A stretch of DNA of 64,000 bases from a virus. Where the stretch lies: the IMG/VR virus record IMGVR_UViG_3300013132_000028, positions 53,838 through 117,837 of that record. One strand, given 5' to 3'. The translations under genes were made by a program, and so were the position numbers. The stretch's first letter is position 1, and each line of letters begins with the position of its first letter. Shown in pieces: positions 45,961 through 55,527 of the stretch. Below the pieces are notes generated by a model. It worked only from the letters and a program-made list of their open reading frames with translations. It made no database searches and was not told the origin of the DNA.

Positions 45961-46218
45961 TTAGATGTTTTTTACTTTGGCCCAGGCGCGCTCGTGTGCG
46001 AAGTACAGAACCGATTCCCAGACTTGCTGCGATATTCCAATTGCTAGTGCTATCGCTATCTTTCTCGTGAAGGCGTACGCTATGGCTATGGTCACCGTCA
46101 CGTCTATGAGGTTCCAGGTTATGGTCTTGGCCAGGCTTCTGATTACGCGCTCGTTCTTGTCCTTGAGAACTATTTTTACCTGCGCGGGAATCGGTACGTG
46201 GTTTTCTATGTCTCTCAT
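45961..46218 (-). CDS. DUF2061 membrane protein
   Basis: RSLAKTITW...LYFAHERAW.KV. Confidence 0.8.
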   Translation of the reverse strand: MRDIENHVPIPAQVKIVLKDKNERVIRSLAKTITWNLIDVTVTIAIAYAFTRKIAIALAIGISQQVWESVLYFAHERAWAKVKNI

Positions 46219-46378
46219 AGCACGTCCAGTCTGATTAGTATGACTACTTGAATTACAAGCACTATGGCCGTTCCGACAGTTCTAAACAGTCCCATCTTGT
46301 GGTTGTGCTCGTCGCACCATCTCTCTAGTTTGTCTCTCTGTTCCACTGTTTGTCTCCTATGTCGTGCGGGCTTTCCTG

Positions 46379-46449
46379 CTCCTCGACCTGGACTCGAACC
46401 GGGACTGGATGCTCCAGAGGCACCTGTGCTGCCATTACACAATCGAGGA
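46379..46449 (-). tRNA. tRNA-Gln(CTG)
   Basis: TCCTCGA/TCGAGGA, anticodon loop CT-CTG-GA, TTCGAGT loop; one T-stem mismatch. Confidence 0.9.
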
Positions 46450-46543
46450 ACCTAACTATACTCTGCCGCGGAGCAGATTGGAGCGAGGCTAGACGGTGTT
46501 TCGTGCGACTATAGTTTGACTCTGTGGCGTAGAGTTGTCTACT

Positions 46544-46954
46544 ATGAGTTACAAGATGTATTTGTCAGGACCGATGACCGGACTGCCGAAGTTCAACTAC
46601 CCCGCTTTTGCCGAGGCAGCTACTGTACTCCGCGAGCGCGGGATAACCGTCGTCAGCCCGCACGAGGCGCTCGGTGGCCACGGCGACCGGTCTCGCGAGG
46701 AGTACATGCGCCAGGACCTCAAGGAGATGCTGGAGTGCCACGCGGTCTGTCTGCTCGACGGTTACGAGTTGTCTCCAGGAGCACTTTTAGAAGTGGAGGT
46801 CGCGCGTCAGTGCGGCATGGTCGTGTTGAATTATGAAGACGTACTTTGGATAACTGGCTTCGACCACAAGATTTATCGTCCAGCTTGGCCGACGACCGGC
46901 GTAGTTTACAACAACAAGCTAGACTTAAAGAGCGCTAGGATAGTACGCAACTAG
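46544..46954 (+). CDS. DUF4406 (nucleoside deoxyribosyltransferase-like) protein
   Basis: YLSGPMTG...N..AF...YMR.DL..ML.C....L.G...S.GA.LE. Confidence 0.8.
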   Translation: MSYKMYLSGPMTGLPKFNYPAFAEAATVLRERGITVVSPHEALGGHGDRSREEYMRQDLKEMLECHAVCLLDGYELSPGALLEVEVARQCGMVVLNYEDVLWITGFDHKIYRPAWPTTGVVYNNKLDLKSARIVRN

Positions 46955-46966
46955 CAAGGAGCACGC

Positions 46967-47224
46967 GTGGCTTTTCACCTTATGTTCAGCGTAGGCGAGA
47001 TAGAAATCAACTTTGACTCAGATATAGACCCTACCCCCGACGTGGTGGACATGATTATGCGTCAGATGAAGCAGCAGGCGTTGAACGCCCACGTGACCTA
47101 CTCCGTCGTCATGGGCGAGATGGAGACTTTTGACCAGTCCGAGGTAGACAGGATGCTGAATGCGAGCGACTCTCCAAAGGTCCCCGAGGTGCCAAAGATA
47201 GAGGACATGTTAGACGATCAGTAG
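46967..47224 (+). CDS. Hypothetical protein
   Basis: AAGGAG RBS. Confidence 0.55.
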   Translation: MAFHLMFSVGEIEINFDSDIDPTPDVVDMIMRQMKQQALNAHVTYSVVMGEMETFDQSEVDRMLNASDSPKVPEVPKIEDMLDDQ

Positions 47225-47335
47225 GTCGTGACTTGCGCAACACCCTATAATCAATCGAACGCCGACCGTGGGGGCCGAGAGCTCTGTTCCTACTGTCTAT
47301 TTTAATCATCAACAAGAAAAAGGAATACTGACATA

Positions 47336-48382
47336 ATGCTATTAAAATCTAAGAAATTGTCGCTCGCCATCGCGCTTGCGTTGGTCAGCGCAGTGTCGCT
47401 GCCCACGGCAGCAAAAGCAAATGCCGGTACTGTAACTCTGACTGTAGCAGGTACTGCTGCAACTGGAGGCACTGTTGTCACCACACCTGTTGCACTACCA
47501 GTCCCCGCAGACAATAGTATCGACGCTGCGGATGCGCTTAAGATCGCAGTAACCGGTGTTGAAACCGGCACTGTAGTTTCAGCCGTGGCTGTAAACGCAA
47601 CTATTGTTTCAGCACTTGCAACTACTGCAGCAGCGGTAACCGCTTCTTCTGGAACTGCCAGCTTGTCCATCGCGACCGGAACAGGAACCGCAGCTGACTT
47701 CTACGTCTACACGAAGAGTACGGCTGTCGGCTCAGTGTCCATCACTCGCGCTGGCACAACCACCGTCTACTACGTTCAAGGTACTGCCGGTGCACTAAAC
47801 TCAATCACTCTAAAAGTCCCTGCTTCGGCAGCAGCCGGTACCTCTCAGGTTATCAAGGTAGCTGGATACGACGTGTTCGGCAACCTAAAGGGCGGAGCTG
47901 CAATCAGCACGCTTGTTTCTGCGAACAATGCGGCTACGTCTACCACCCTGACCACCGACACCGCCACGGCGACCCTAGGCACTAAGGAGCAGACAATCAC
48001 AATGCCTGCTGCTGGAACCGTGACCGTCGTTGCGACCGCTACAGTAGCGGCTGCGGTGACCGGGCTGGCAGCACCAGTCAGTGCAGTAGTCGGCACGATC
48101 GCTGTCCGTGACATGGGAGCAGAGCTTGCAGCCAAGGACAAGACAATCGCCGACTTGAATGCAGCACTAGCAGCCGAGAAGGCTGCGCTAGCAGCTGAGA
48201 AGACTGCGCTAGCAGCCGAGAAGGCAGGACGTGCGGCCGACAAGGTAGCAGCCGATTCCGCTACGGCCACGGCTAAGGCTTCTTCAGACAAGGCAATCGC
48301 CGACCTGAAGGCACAGTTCAACAACCTAGCCAAGAAGTGGAACAAGAAGTTCCCTAAGCTGAAGGTAAAGCTGCTTAGCTAG
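47336..48382 (+). CDS. Secreted Ala/Thr/Val-rich surface protein (Ig-like beta region, coiled coil, basic tail)
   Basis: Signal peptide, D..GN motif, LAAEK repeats, KKWNKKFPK tail. Confidence 0.75.
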   Translation: MLLKSKKLSLAIALALVSAVSLPTAAKANAGTVTLTVAGTAATGGTVVTTPVALPVPADNSIDAADALKIAVTGVETGTVVSAVAVNATIVSALATTAAAVTASSGTASLSIATGTGTAADFYVYTKSTAVGSVSITRAGTTTVYYVQGTAGALNSITLKVPASAAAGTSQVIKVAGYDVFGNLKGGAAISTLVSANNAATSTTLTTDTATATLGTKEQTITMPAAGTVTVVATATVAAAVTGLAAPVSAVVGTIAVRDMGAELAAKDKTIADLNAALAAEKAALAAEKTALAAEKAGRAADKVAADSATATAKASSDKAIADLKAQFNNLAKKWNKKFPKLKVKLLS

Positions 48383-48397
48383 TAACGGCAGTAAACA

Positions 48398-48443
48398 CGG
48401 CGGTTTTTCCGGTCTCTACCGGGAAGACCGCCGTTCTGCTTTT
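48398..48443 (+). terminator. Intrinsic terminator
   Basis: CGGCGGTTTTTCCGGT/ACCGGGAAGACCGCCG stem and T-rich tail. Confidence 0.65.
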
Positions 48444-48526
48444 ATCGGCGCCCGGTGTTTTGTTGTCGTTTTTTGGCCGGGGTGCGCTAGTGTAGCCTCA
48501 CTACCTAATTTGACAAGGAGACGACA

Positions 48527-48688
48527 GTGGACAGCTTGATTCCAGTCCTCGTTGCGCTGTTGGCCGTGACGGCCACCGTCGTAGTGCTCGACGACAGAAA
48601 GAAAAAGAAAGAACGAGAAGAAGTGCTCAGGATCCAGACGGCGCACCTGATTGCAGCGGCAAAAAAGACCAAAAGACAAAGTAAATGA
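48527..48688 (+). CDS. Small membrane protein
   Basis: AAGGAG RBS; N-terminal TM, basic tail. Confidence 0.55.
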   Translation: MDSLIPVLVALLAVTATVVVLDDRKKKKEREEVLRIQTAHLIAAAKKTKRQSK

Positions 48689-48954
48689 CAGAGATACCAC
48701 CGGTACCCGACGTAAATATCTCGGTGCTCAGCGTAGCCAGCACAATCATGTCTGCGCAAGGCTTTGGCACTCCGGACGACACCGACAACGAAGCCGACTG
48801 GAACCTGGCGAACGAGGAGTCTCAGGTCCGTCTCATGTGCGACATGGTCACCGATGTCCTAATTGCAATAGAAAAGTTGCAAGAAAACTACGGTCCCACG
48901 CTCAAGTCAGACTTGTTTACCTACGCAGACTCGCTGCTTCCCGGTGGAGAGTAG
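48685..48954 (+). CDS. Acidic hypothetical protein
   Basis: ATGA overlap. Confidence 0.55.
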   Translation: MTEIPPVPDVNISVLSVASTIMSAQGFGTPDDTDNEADWNLANEESQVRLMCDMVTDVLIAIEKLQENYGPTLKSDLFTYADSLLPGGE

Positions 48955-49038
48955 AGTGAATTCAATGCAAATGCTGTTAATATCTGAGCTGTCCTCTGAC
49001 TGGTGCGAGTGGGTGCTAGAGATGGAACTAGGAGAATC

Positions 49039-49284
49039 ATGAGCGCAACCTGGTCTTGGATACTGCTTACCACCTTCCTGGTGTCTTTGTTCAGCGTGAG
49101 CTCGCTGCCCCGTCGTGCCTGGATTACCATGACTGTGCACCAGACACTGTGGGCGCTGTACGGCTACCAGACGCGCCAGTGGGGGTTTCTCGTTATGGCC
49201 GTAGTGAATAGTCTCATGTATCTGGCAGTCTTTAGCAAAATACAAAAATCGGGTGGAGACACCAAAGTCTTTCCACTCAACTAG
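49039..49284 (+). CDS. Small membrane protein
   Basis: AGGAG RBS; W..YG....QWGF pattern. Confidence 0.55.
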   Translation: MSATWSWILLTTFLVSLFSVSSLPRRAWITMTVHQTLWALYGYQTRQWGFLVMAVVNSLMYLAVFSKIQKSGGDTKVFPLN

Positions 49285-49286
49285 AA

Positions 49287-49364
49287 GTTATTGCCGTAGG
49301 CTAGTAAAACGTCCCCACACGTTGACAGTAAGCTAGAAGCACCAGTTGCAACTACGGCAATAAC
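49287..49364. ncRNA. Candidate three-way-junction ncRNA
   Basis: Perfect 13-bp GTTATTGCCGTAG/CTACGGCAATAAC stem enclosing two hairpins. Confidence 0.45.
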
Positions 49365-49390
49365 CTTCCCTACCGTGCTACAGTCTGCTT

Positions 49391-49618
49391 ATGGAGCAAA
49401 ACTGCGTCGGGATAGACTGGACAAGAGAGTTTCAAAATCGTGTAGAGATTGAGTCTGCACTGCGACAAAAAATTGCAGCAGACGTACGCACCTACGCGGA
49501 AGTCGCTGGGCTTCGAAAGATGGACACGCAGTACCTAGCAGCTCTGTTGGTCGCAGAGCAGGTTGTGCTTCTTGGTCTAGGTAAAGACGGTGTGCCGGTC
49601 GGCGGGCCTCTTTCGTGA
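49391..49618 (+). CDS. Hypothetical protein
   Basis: Leaderless (TACAGT 6 nt upstream). Confidence 0.5.
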   Translation: MEQNCVGIDWTREFQNRVEIESALRQKIAADVRTYAEVAGLRKMDTQYLAALLVAEQVVLLGLGKDGVPVGGPLS

Positions 49619-49977
49619 CTATTGTTAAACCAAAAACAACTATAACCACCACCGTCACCGTTCACGGCGAGACCCCTCCGCTTTTGTTTGGCGACAAGTT
49701 TGTACGAACGTACGCCTGGAACGGTGAACGTTGGATGGAAGAGCAGTCTGTAAAACCGCTAAACTGGACGCAGAACGACGAATGCCCGCTATACGGAAGC
49801 GAAGAGAGCGCGTACTCTGCCGGGTTTGAGGACGGACAACTGCAAGAGCGTCTACAGATACTACAAGAGATGGCGGAGATCATCTCTAGTCACGACGAAG
49901 AGGGGTTTCAAGAAGCCGTAAACGTCGTGTGGGAGCGTATGTCGGAAGAAGACAAAGAAGACACCTGGCCGGTGTAA
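49615..49977 (+). CDS. Acidic hypothetical protein
   Basis: GTGA overlap. Confidence 0.55.
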   Translation: MTIVKPKTTITTTVTVHGETPPLLFGDKFVRTYAWNGERWMEEQSVKPLNWTQNDECPLYGSEESAYSAGFEDGQLQERLQILQEMAEIISSHDEEGFQEAVNVVWERMSEEDKEDTWPV

Positions 49978-50107
49978 TCAAATTATTTTTAGTCAGGTTA
50001 ATACCCTGATAGAGTATACCCATGCGTAGTTTAGCTAACGAATGTATTATGCTAAAAGCTATCGCAAAAGTTTAACTAACTAACCCGTAAAAGTAGGAGC
50101 ATGTGCT

Positions 50108-52144
50108 ATGACTTTGTTTTCTTTTCGTTTAGCTGACGACTTTGTAGCTGCTTACACAGAAAAAAAGTCACCGTTTGGTTACGAGGATGCGGCAGGAAAC
50201 TCTGTCGGAGAGATTACTTTTCTTCGTACGTACTCTAGGCTAAAAGAAGACGGCACCAAAGAAACCTGGATTGACGTTTGTGAGCGTGTCATAAATGGCA
50301 TGTATTCAATTCAGAAAGACCACTGCAAGAGTCAGCGACTTCCATGGAACGACACAAAGGCTCAGTCCTCGGCAAAAGAAGCGTTTGACCGTCTGTTTAA
50401 CCTCAAGTGGACACCGCCCGGCCGCGGACTTTGGGTGATGGGAACCTCGCTGGTAAACGAACACCGTAACTCGGCCGCACTGCAGAACTGTGCCTTTGTG
50501 TCTACCACGGAGATGACCAAGAACAACCCAGGTAAACCGTTCGGGTTTCTCATGGAAGCAAGCATGCTCGGCGTGGGCGTCGGCTTTGACAACAAGGGAG
50601 CAGACAAGTCCTTCACCATCTACAGTCCTGAAGAACCAACGCTGCACCAGGTACAAGACAGCAGAGAGGGTTGGGTAGAGTCGGTGGTGCTGCTCATCAA
50701 CTCGTACCTAAAGCAGAACCAACCCAAGTACGAGTTTGACTACAGCTTAGTTCGTCCCGCCGGTACTCCGATCAAAACTTTTGGCGGAACTGCCGCGGGT
50801 CACGCCTCGCTCAAGAAGCTGCACGAGTACATCGACAAGATGTTTGCAGGTCGAGCCGGAGAGTTTCTGACGCGTAAAGACATAGCAGACATCGGCAATT
50901 TAATCGGTGTGTGCGTGGTCTCCGGAAACGTGAGACGCTCCGCAGAACTGCTGATCGGCAGCATCGAGGACCAGGAGTTCTTAGACCTCAAGAATGCTGA
51001 AGTGTTCCCCGAGCGCAACTCGTACGACTCGAGCAAGCCCGGCTGGGCATGGATGTCGAACAACTCCGTCGAGGTGTCGGTCGGCGCGAACCTAGACAAG
51101 ATAGTCTCGGGCATCGCGCTTAACGGAGAACCAGGCGTACTTTGGATGGACGTGTCGAGAAAGTACGGTCGTTTAGTCGACCCGGAGAACAACAAAGACT
51201 GGCGTATTGCCGGCTACAACCCGTGTGCTGAGCAGAGCCTCGAGTCCTACGAGTGCTGCACCCTGGTCGAGACATACTTAAACCGCCACAGCTCGCTAGA
51301 CGACTACAAGCGCACCCTCAAGTTTGCGTATCTATACGCCAAGACAGTGACGCTGCTTCCTACCCACTGGGAAGAGACAAACGCCATCATGCAACGCAAC
51401 CGTCGCATCGGTACCTCGATGTCCGGCGTGGCCAACTTTGCCGACATAAACGGTCAGCCCGTGCTTCGTGAGTGGATGGACAGCGGGTACCAGGTCATCC
51501 AAGAGTACGACAACTCCTACTCAGAGTGGCTCGGCGTGCGCGAGTCAATCAAGACTACAACTATTAAACCGTCCGGCACAGTTTCAATTCTCGCAGGTGA
51601 ATCACCTGGAGTGCACTGGACACCAGGCGGTACATTCTTTATGCGTGCAATTCGTTTCGCCAACTCAGACCCGATGTTGCCGTTGTTCGTGATGGCAAAC
51701 TACAGAGTCGAGCCAGCCGCAGAGTCTCCGGAGTCAACCTCAGTGGTGTTCTTCCCGGTAAAGTCTCTAGCCCGCAGAGCCGAGAAAGACGTAACTATCT
51801 TTGAAAAGATGGCTCTGGCCGCTACGGCACAGCGCTACTGGTCCGACAACTCTGTGTCCGTCACGATCTCCTTCAACCCGGAGACAGAGGCAAAACACGT
51901 CGGCACGGTGCTGCACATGTACGACGGTCAGCTAAAGACCGTTAGTTTTCTTCCGTCAGGAAACACGGTGTACCCTCAAATGCCGTACACGCAGATTTCA
52001 CAGGAGGAGTACGAGGAAGCAAGCAAGAAGCTCTTCCCAATTGACTTTGCCGGCGTTTACGCCGGAATGGCATCCGACGCAATCGGAGAAGCCTACTGCA
52101 CGACAGACGCGTGTGAAATCAAACTAATAAAGGAGAGTGCATGA
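50108..52144 (+). CDS. nrdJ: Class II (adenosylcobalamin-dependent, monomeric type) ribonucleotide reductase
   Basis: RTYSR, PPGRGLW, GNVRRSAE, NPCAEQ.L, IKPSGTVS and C-terminal C....C. Confidence 0.93.
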   Translation: MTLFSFRLADDFVAAYTEKKSPFGYEDAAGNSVGEITFLRTYSRLKEDGTKETWIDVCERVINGMYSIQKDHCKSQRLPWNDTKAQSSAKEAFDRLFNLKWTPPGRGLWVMGTSLVNEHRNSAALQNCAFVSTTEMTKNNPGKPFGFLMEASMLGVGVGFDNKGADKSFTIYSPEEPTLHQVQDSREGWVESVVLLINSYLKQNQPKYEFDYSLVRPAGTPIKTFGGTAAGHASLKKLHEYIDKMFAGRAGEFLTRKDIADIGNLIGVCVVSGNVRRSAELLIGSIEDQEFLDLKNAEVFPERNSYDSSKPGWAWMSNNSVEVSVGANLDKIVSGIALNGEPGVLWMDVSRKYGRLVDPENNKDWRIAGYNPCAEQSLESYECCTLVETYLNRHSSLDDYKRTLKFAYLYAKTVTLLPTHWEETNAIMQRNRRIGTSMSGVANFADINGQPVLREWMDSGYQVIQEYDNSYSEWLGVRESIKTTTIKPSGTVSILAGESPGVHWTPGGTFFMRAIRFANSDPMLPLFVMANYRVEPAAESPESTSVVFFPVKSLARRAEKDVTIFEKMALAATAQRYWSDNSVSVTISFNPETEAKHVGTVLHMYDGQLKTVSFLPSGNTVYPQMPYTQISQEEYEEASKKLFPIDFAGVYAGMASDAIGEAYCTTDACEIKLIKESA

Positions 52145-52392
52145 TAAAGACCACAGTATACACAATGCCAAACTGCGTACAATGCAACGCAACTAAGAAG
52201 TACCTAGACAGGTACAAGGTAGAGTTTGACACTGTAGACATCAGCACTAACCCAGAAGCCTTTGAGTTTGTTAACTCGTTAAACTACAAGAACGCACCAG
52301 TCGTAGTGCACGGCAGTGCACACTGGTCCGGCTTTAGGCCAGATAAGATCGCGTTGCTGGCGACGCAGCTAGCAAGTCCAGCGTGCGCGTAG
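52141..52392 (+). CDS. nrdH: NrdH-like redoxin
   Basis: CVQC, APVV, WSGFRPD. Confidence 0.92.
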   Translation: MIKTTVYTMPNCVQCNATKKYLDRYKVEFDTVDISTNPEAFEFVNSLNYKNAPVVVHGSAHWSGFRPDKIALLATQLASPACA

Positions 52393-52712
52393 GCGAAGAA
52401 CCACAACTACTAAAACGCATGAACCGAATGGTGGGTGCGCCCGGTCATACTTTACCCCTGCAACAAAACTACGAGTGGCAGCTACACGCGGCCTGCAAGG
52501 GCATGGACACCGAACTGTTTTACCACCCAGACGCAGAGCGCGGGCACGCCAAGAGAAAGAGGATAGTAAACGCTAAGAAAATCTGCGCCTCCTGCCCCGT
52601 GCTGAACGTCTGCGCAGAGTTTGCTCTGAGCAACGTAGAGGTGTACGGTATCTGGGGCGGTATGACCGAAAGAGAACGTCAGAGAATTACGGGCAGGGCA
52701 ATCAGACTTTAG
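52383..52712 (+). CDS. whiB: WhiB-family transcription factor
   Basis: W...AAC...LFY...AK.IC..CPV...C...AL...E.YGIWGG.TE.ER; start uncertain. Confidence 0.92.
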   Translation: MRVGEEPQLLKRMNRMVGAPGHTLPLQQNYEWQLHAACKGMDTELFYHPDAERGHAKRKRIVNAKKICASCPVLNVCAEFALSNVEVYGIWGGMTERERQRITGRAIRL

Positions 52713-52938
52713 CCGTACCGTTGCAGCCGCAGCCGCTTTGGCAGCAGATGTCTTCTACAAATATGTTTGTCGCCATAGACCTGCAGTCAACTACGATCGG
52801 CACGCTGGGCTCTGGCGATAGCGGTTTGAGAGTCCAGTTGCGAATCTTGACCGCCAAGTCTGGGTAGCCGAGGTGGTCTGCCTCCGCGGCAATCTCGTTG
52901 CACAGTTCCTGCATGCGTATTTGTATAGTTCTTTCCAT
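52702..52938 (-). CDS. Cys-rich hypothetical protein
   Basis: C-terminal CC..GCGC; start re-called. Confidence 0.45.
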   Translation of the reverse strand: MERTIQIRMQELCNEIAAEADHLGYPDLAVKIRNWTLKPLSPEPSVPIVVDCRSMATNIFVEDICCQSGCGCNGTAKV

Positions 52939-53085
52939 CTTTATTTTCTTTCCCAAGCAGGCAGCTCGAGCGAGGCCCAGAAGCACAAAAAGTCCACGTT
53001 TATCGAGAAGGCGTCTATGCTGAAGCCGAGTCCAAACCGTTTGCTCATGCCGAAGTAAAACCAAAAGTCCTTGTAGCGGTACTCC

Positions 53086-53490
53086 CTACTGTGCGTCTTT
53101 ATCATCTTCCTTGTAGCTCCCTTCCTTTTCTAGTACAAAACCCACTTCTCTGTCGTACATGCGGTAGTCCATCGAGACTACGTCAAATTGGTTTTTGATG
53201 GTCTGCAGCACTAGGTCGATGTCGAGTGCACCGCAGGTGTACAGGTCAAACTGCAGCACCGCGGGTTCTTTCTCGTCCCAGATGTGAAAAGCGATGTGGC
53301 TGGTCTCGATCATCACTATCGCCGTTACTCCCCTGTTGCCAGGCGCGTTTACGTACGAGGCAAACGGACCCTGAATAATCTTCATGTCGATGGCCTCGAC
53401 TAGCGTCTGCAGAAACGCTATGGCCTCGTTCTCTGACTGCAGCGGGCTGTCGATCAGCGCGTTGACCAGCAGGTGCTTGTGTTGCAACAT
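53086..53490 (-). CDS. speD: S-adenosylmethionine decarboxylase proenzyme (phage type)
   Basis: G.T....IETSHI..H.W.....Q.D.YTC; family also includes Arg/Orn decarboxylase homologs. Confidence 0.8.
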   Translation of the reverse strand: MLQHKHLLVNALIDSPLQSENEAIAFLQTLVEAIDMKIIQGPFASYVNAPGNRGVTAIVMIETSHIAFHIWDEKEPAVLQFDLYTCGALDIDLVLQTIKNQFDVVSMDYRMYDREVGFVLEKEGSYKEDDKDAQ

Positions 53491-53789
53491 TAGTCTTTAC
53501 CTGACTTTCTTTTGAACATGCGTCTTGCCGCCCTAGAGCTGCCTTGTATCACCTGACGTGCTTGCCCGTTCTGTCGAACTGCTCCTTGTTGGCGAGACAT
53601 TTTTCTACCGAGTGCGTCTAGGTAACGCAGTTTTAGTTGCAGCTGCTCGTCCTCCTGCTGCTCGACAATTTGCTTTAGACCAGGCAGTGCTGCAAAGTTT
53701 TCTGACGGCGGCTCGGTGGTGTCCGGCGTCTCCTCTGGCTCGTCTTGTTTTTCTCCGAGCTCTTCTAGCTCCTCGCCTAGGTTGCCCAT
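53490..53789 (-). CDS. Hypothetical protein
   Basis: Coupled between thioredoxin and speD. Confidence 0.55.
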   Translation of the reverse strand: MGNLGEELEELGEKQDEPEETPDTTEPPSENFAALPGLKQIVEQQEDEQLQLKLRYLDALGRKMSRQQGAVRQNGQARQVIQGSSRAARRMFKRKSGKD

Positions 53790-54130
53790 CAGTCTAGGTA
53801 CAGTTCTTCTAGCAGCGCTTGTTTACTCTGCGCACCTACCATAGTTTTTACCGGCTTTCCGTTTACGAACAGCATCGTTGTGGGCACCGACGCCACGTTG
53901 TACCTTACCGCTAAAATTGGCTCCTCGTCAACGTTTACTTTGTACACGTCTAAGCTCTCGTGCTGCTCAGTGGCTATTTGATCTAGCACGGGACCCATCG
54001 TCAGGCACGGCGAGCACCACGGCGCCCAGAAGTCGACCAACACGGCTTTGTCCATGTTTGCTAGCACTAGCACCTTGAACAGCTCCGCGGTTAGGTCGAG
54101 TGCGACTATGTTTGCGTTTTTAGTTCCCAT
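53789..54130 (-). CDS. trxA: Thioredoxin
   Basis: VDFWAPWCSPC, KVNVDE, SVPT. Confidence 0.9.
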   Translation of the reverse strand: MGTKNANIVALDLTAELFKVLVLANMDKAVLVDFWAPWCSPCLTMGPVLDQIATEQHESLDVYKVNVDEEPILAVRYNVASVPTTMLFVNGKPVKTMVGAQSKQALLEELYLD

Positions 54131-54231
54131 ATTTTGTCCAGATGTAAATGCAGACTACCAGCGCGATTGTGCTGGACACCGCGATGAAGACTGCCTCGGT
54201 TGCGCTTATCATATTGACACCCATCCTCTGG

Positions 54232-54378
54232 CTATTTCCTCGGGTTTTTAATTCTGACGAGACGCCGACGGTCTTTCGCGCCTCTCGGTTCGCCGGTAAT
54301 CCAGATGTATTTCTTCCAGGCTTTTCCGTTTTTACGGTGGTCGTTGCTGCCGACCGGCTGTGATTTTTTAACTACCAT
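54232..54378 (-). CDS. Small basic protein
   Basis: Leaderless MVVKK...NGKAWKK. Confidence 0.45.
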   Translation of the reverse strand: MVVKKSQPVGSNDHRKNGKAWKKYIWITGEPRGAKDRRRLVRIKNPRK

Positions 54379-54479
54379 GTGACTAACATAGCACCTAAGC
54401 GGTCCGGCGACTGTGCAACGCGCCAAAACTCCCCACCTCTCTTCTCTCCCCCCCTCCGCCGCCGCTCCCTCTACTGCCT

Positions 54480-55504
54480 GACTGGCCGTCCGGCCGGCGG
54501 CGCTTTTCATTATGTCACGAGCGGACCTGCAGGTCTCCCCAGCTCCGGTGCACGTAGCCCACCCCCGGCGCCACGCGGTGGTGCTCCGGCATCTCTCGCC
54601 GCAGCAGCTCGCCCCACAGGGGCAGGTCGCCCCAGCGGTTCTCCAGAATCTTGTTGCTGCGTCGCAGCTCGTCGACGATCCTCCGCACGACTGGCACCTC
54701 GCGCAGTCCCGCCAGGTCCAGTCCTAGCACCTGCGACGACGGTCCGGCGTAGTCTCCGCAGTAGCACTGCGAGCGCTGCGGCTCGTGGCAGCCGCACGGC
54801 CACACCGTCCGCTGCGTCTCGACGTGCTTGTTGAACCAGTCCGCCAGTCCTTCGGTGACCCAGCCGGTGTCCTTCTGCCACGCCGCGTACGTCACCAGCG
54901 TCTGTCCGTCCATCGGCGCGACCAGCGCACTGACCAGGTCGGTCTGCGCTATGCAGTCGTCGTCCACGCGTACCAGCCTGTCGTAGTCCTGTACGTACTT
55001 CCAGAACTCGCAGAACCAGAACTCGCACATGCGTCGGTACCCCCAGCTGAACGCGCCGGCGTGTCGCAGCTGTATCCCGGCCACCGGTCTGAACGGCTCG
55101 ATCGGCACGAACGTGCACTCCGGCGCGTAGCGCATCATCTCGCTCGGCACGGTGTTCTGTTCGTAGAAGACCAGGCTGTCTACCTTCGACATGTCGCAGT
55201 GGTGCTGCAGCATCTTGTTTCGCTCGAGCAGGTTCTTGTAGTTGCTCAGCTCGGCTCCGCCGCGTATCAGTGTCGCTACGGCGACTCGGCGTGTGCTCAT
55301 CTGCAAATCGTACGGCGGCGACGGAACAGCCACCTCCCTTTCTCTCTTTCTCTCCCCTCCTCTTCGCCCCGTCGCACTCCTCCTTTACCGGACTAGCCGC
55401 CCGACCTCCCCCACTTTTCATTACACCTTTTTCTCGCACCCCCTCGCCCACCGCCGCCGCCTCCGCACCCGGACTGGCCGCGCGGACGGACGCACTTTTT
55501 ATTA
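54480..55504 (+). repeat. Three copies of GACTRGCCG-N12-CRCTTTTYATTA
   Basis: 54480-54512, 55391-55423 and 55472-55504, each after a pyrimidine-rich tract. Confidence 0.8.
54515..55300 (-). CDS. GT15 (Kre2/Mnt1-like) mannosyltransferase
   Basis: GYRRMCEFW, YD...RVDDD, RWGDLP..G, Y.H; leaderless start re-called. Confidence 0.75.
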   Translation of the reverse strand: MSTRRVAVATLIRGGAELSNYKNLLERNKMLQHHCDMSKVDSLVFYEQNTVPSEMMRYAPECTFVPIEPFRPVAGIQLRHAGAFSWGYRRMCEFWFCEFWKYVQDYDRLVRVDDDCIAQTDLVSALVAPMDGQTLVTYAAWQKDTGWVTEGLADWFNKHVETQRTVWPCGCHEPQRSQCYCGDYAGPSSQVLGLDLAGLREVPVVRRIVDELRRSNKILENRWGDLPLWGELLRREMPEHHRVAPGVGYVHRSWGDLQVRS

Positions 55505-55527
55505 CGCCGACGCGCTAGTGTTGTCAC

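Noticed and set aside
49980-50107. Cobalamin riboswitch or NrdR box upstream of nrdJ
   Set aside because: Region is short and AT-rich, with no recognisable consensus.
50108-52144. Intein or intron in the RNR gene
   Set aside because: Length and motif spacing are normal; no splice motifs.
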